From a virus, in the IMG/VR virus record IMGVR_UViG_3300021437_000005: a DNA stretch of 43,727 bases; one strand, 5' to 3'. Of the stretch, positions 42,026 to 43,727 are shown piece after piece; positions within the stretch are counted from its first letter, which is position 1; every line of letters begins with the position of its first letter. The position numbers were made by a program, and so were the translations under genes. The notes below the pieces were generated by a model. That model worked only from the letters and a program-made list of their open reading frames with translations. It made no database searches and was not told the origin of the DNA.

Positions 42026-43727
42026 ATGCCACTCACAGCGAAAGCCCTCCTTGATTATATGGCGCTTCCTCCTGACGAGCAGGCCAATCTACAGGCTGAT
42101 CCGACGGTAGGACCTCAACTACAGAGCTTTAGTGCGCTTCCACGTGAGGAGCAAACCAAAGTTCTTGACCATCTCAGCGCTGGAAATCCTGCGGTTGCGT
42201 CACCGCAATCCTCCGTCGATCACGTCCCTGGGGCGTTGGCTCGTCTTGCCGAAGGACTCCCTGGTCTGGCCTATAATTTTACGGTGGGCCCCCTTGTGGA
42301 GGCTGGTCGTATCCTCAGGGAGGGTCGGACTTCCGAACAGGCCGCCGCTTTCGAGGCTATGACGCCAGAGCAGCGGGCGCTCTATAAGGAATCAGGGCAA
42401 ACCTATCGCAATCCGATGGCGCCGTCCTCCTATGAACCGCTCATGGGACCATTGCTGGGTGGTGCAATGATGGCGGCATTCATGGGAAAGTCTCCGTCAT
42501 TGACTATGCGGAGCGGTCCGGCAGAATCACGTGCCTTCCCTGGTGGGCGGCGAATCCCAGGGTTGGAACTGACCCCAAGCGAGCAATGGGACAGCGAATG
42601 GGAACGTATGCCAATGGAGGAGCGCCAGAGGTTGATTAACCAAGGGCCTCCAGCGTCTGTCCCGGTGTCTACGCCAAAAGAACAGGCGGCGAGGACGGCA
42701 AAACTCGCCATAGAGCGCAAACAATGGGAAGCCGAACAGTCGGCACTTGCCCAGGAACGGGCGGATCAGCAAGCGGCGCAGCGGCTCGAACGCGATCGAG
42801 CCGGCACAAGGGTGTCTCCGCAAGCCGACATGCCACCAGTAGAGGTTGGCCGGACACTCACCCCGCAAGAGATAAGAAGTGCCGCAGAGATGCGGCTACC
42901 CGTGCCGCCCTCACCGACCATTCCACCGGAGTTGGCCGCTGTCACGACTGGCGAGGCTAAAGCGTTCCTCCGTCCGTCGTCTGCAGAGGGGACAGTGCCG
43001 ACCGTTGGCGAGCAAGCCCTACAGGGCGTGAATCTCAAACAATACGCCTTGCAGGCTGGAGTGGGCTACTACAAGAGCCGAATCACTGGGGCCGAGGTCG
43101 TCTTCGACCCGAAGCAAGTGACGCAGAGTCAACTGAAAGCGATGGACAAACAGGGGATTCTTCCTGATGTGGTGAACGGTTCAGGCACGTCACCGAAACC
43201 AGCGGAACCGACCACAGCGGTGACGGCGAGGACGCCAGAGGGCACAGAGGTCCGCACGGTACTGACCGATACACCGGAGGCCACAGCCTCAGCGGTACAA
43301 GCACAGTCTCCTTCGTTACAGACAGAAGTGAAGCCGTCGGCAGAAGCGGTTCCGCAAGTGCTTGCTGATCGGATGCAGGCCATTCGGCGTGAGGCGGAAG
43401 GCGCTACCGGGCATCCGTTCGGGAAGCAGTACGGGTCGGTGGAAACGGAGATGGGTCCACAATCGGTAGCAATAGGCGCGGCCAAGTCGTTCAGGGAACA
43501 ATTTGCAGACCTCTATCCAGAGCTTCGGAATCTGCCGAATGTCGGACCAAAGGAGATTGCCGAGGCGATCAAGAAAGATAAGGACAACAAGCTCTATACC
43601 ATCATCAAAGAAGAAGTGACGAAGCAGCTTGAACGGGAGAAGGTCTCGCCATCGGCTATTGAGCAGCGCCCATCAGACTTTGAAGCCTTCTCGAAGGCCG
43701 TAGACAAGCCTGCTGCACAGCCGGAAC
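42026..43727 (+). CDS. N-terminal part of the giant wrap-around virion (polyvalent/ejection-type) protein
   Basis: ATG at 42026 lies 1 nt after the stop of the upstream gene. I translated this frame by hand and found no stop to the window end. The frame is the same as ORF 16..3195 once 43601 is equated with position 1. Confidence 0.8.
   Translation, partial: MPLTAKALLDYMALPPDEQANLQADPTVGPQLQSFSALPREEQTKVLDHLSAGNPAVASPQSSVDHVPGALARLAEGLPGLAYNFTVGPLVEAGRILREGRTSEQAAAFEAMTPEQRALYKESGQTYRNPMAPSSYEPLMGPLLGGAMMAAFMGKSPSLTMRSGPAESRAFPGGRRIPGLELTPSEQWDSEWERMPMEERQRLINQGPPASVPVSTPKEQAARTAKLAIERKQWEAEQSALAQERADQQAAQRLERDRAGTRVSPQADMPPVEVGRTLTPQEIRSAAEMRLPVPPSPTIPPELAAVTTGEAKAFLRPSSAEGTVPTVGEQALQGVNLKQYALQAGVGYYKSRITGAEVVFDPKQVTQSQLKAMDKQGILPDVVNGSGTSPKPAEPTTAVTARTPEGTEVRTVLTDTPEATASAVQAQSPSLQTEVKPSAEAVPQVLADRMQAIRREAEGATGHPFGKQYGSVETEMGPQSVAIGAAKSFREQFADLYPELRNLPNVGPKEIAEAIKKDKDNKLYTIIKEEVTKQLEREKVSPSAIEQRPSDFEAFSKAVDKPAAQPE
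43601..43727. repeat. Second copy of the 127-bp terminal overlap
   Basis: Identical to bases 1-127. Confidence 0.95.

Noticed and set aside
1-43727. Search for integrase/attP, DNA or RNA polymerase, primase/helicase, tRNA, rRNA and CRISPR
   Set aside because: No ORF showed recombinase (R..HxxR..Y), polymerase or helicase motifs by eye, and no RNA-gene-like structures were found. Absence by eye is not proof, so HMM searches are needed.

Overview
The window is one complete, circularly closed dsDNA phage genome. Bases 1-127 are identical to 43601-43727, so the unique length is 43,600 bp. The junction cuts through a single 1,589-aa ORF.

Gene content looks podovirus-like. No tape measure, tail tube or sheath gene was recognised.

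Transcription units:
- Long rightward late unit (about 19244 -> end -> wraps to about 6281): terS, a DUF559 endonuclease island, terL, portal, scaffold, Mu gpT-like major capsid, adaptor/nozzle candidates, two tail fibres, Pro/Gln-rich ejection-type proteins, the giant wrap-around protein with an ART-like domain, then a lysis module (M15 endolysin, lipoprotein clan GH-A glycosidase, small membrane proteins) and an AT-rich Dam methylase.
- Leftward early operon 1 (12984 -> 7017): RecT, PD-(D/E)xK exonuclease, many tiny zinc-ribbon proteins, MT-A70 methylase.
- Rightward early operon (13101 -> 16112): replisome organiser with internal iterons and an (AATCCT)6 repeat, an XRE regulator, two Hjc-like nucleases.
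- Leftward early operon 2 (18820 -> 16179): DUF2958 and unknown proteins, ending in an RHH plus membrane-peptide pair.

Near-consensus sigma70-type promoters and hairpin terminators delimit these units. No integrase, DNA or RNA polymerase, tRNA, rRNA or CRISPR array was seen.

Most interesting candidates:
- the ART-like domain inside the giant virion protein
- the lipoprotein glycosidase in the lysis cassette
- the small-ORF/GNAT pair inside the virion module
- the DUF559 island with G7-8 tracts and an in-frame uORF before terL
- the RecT C-terminal OB-like extension
- early operon 2 as a possible anti-defence set

All functional calls come from motif reading by eye. No database search was run.
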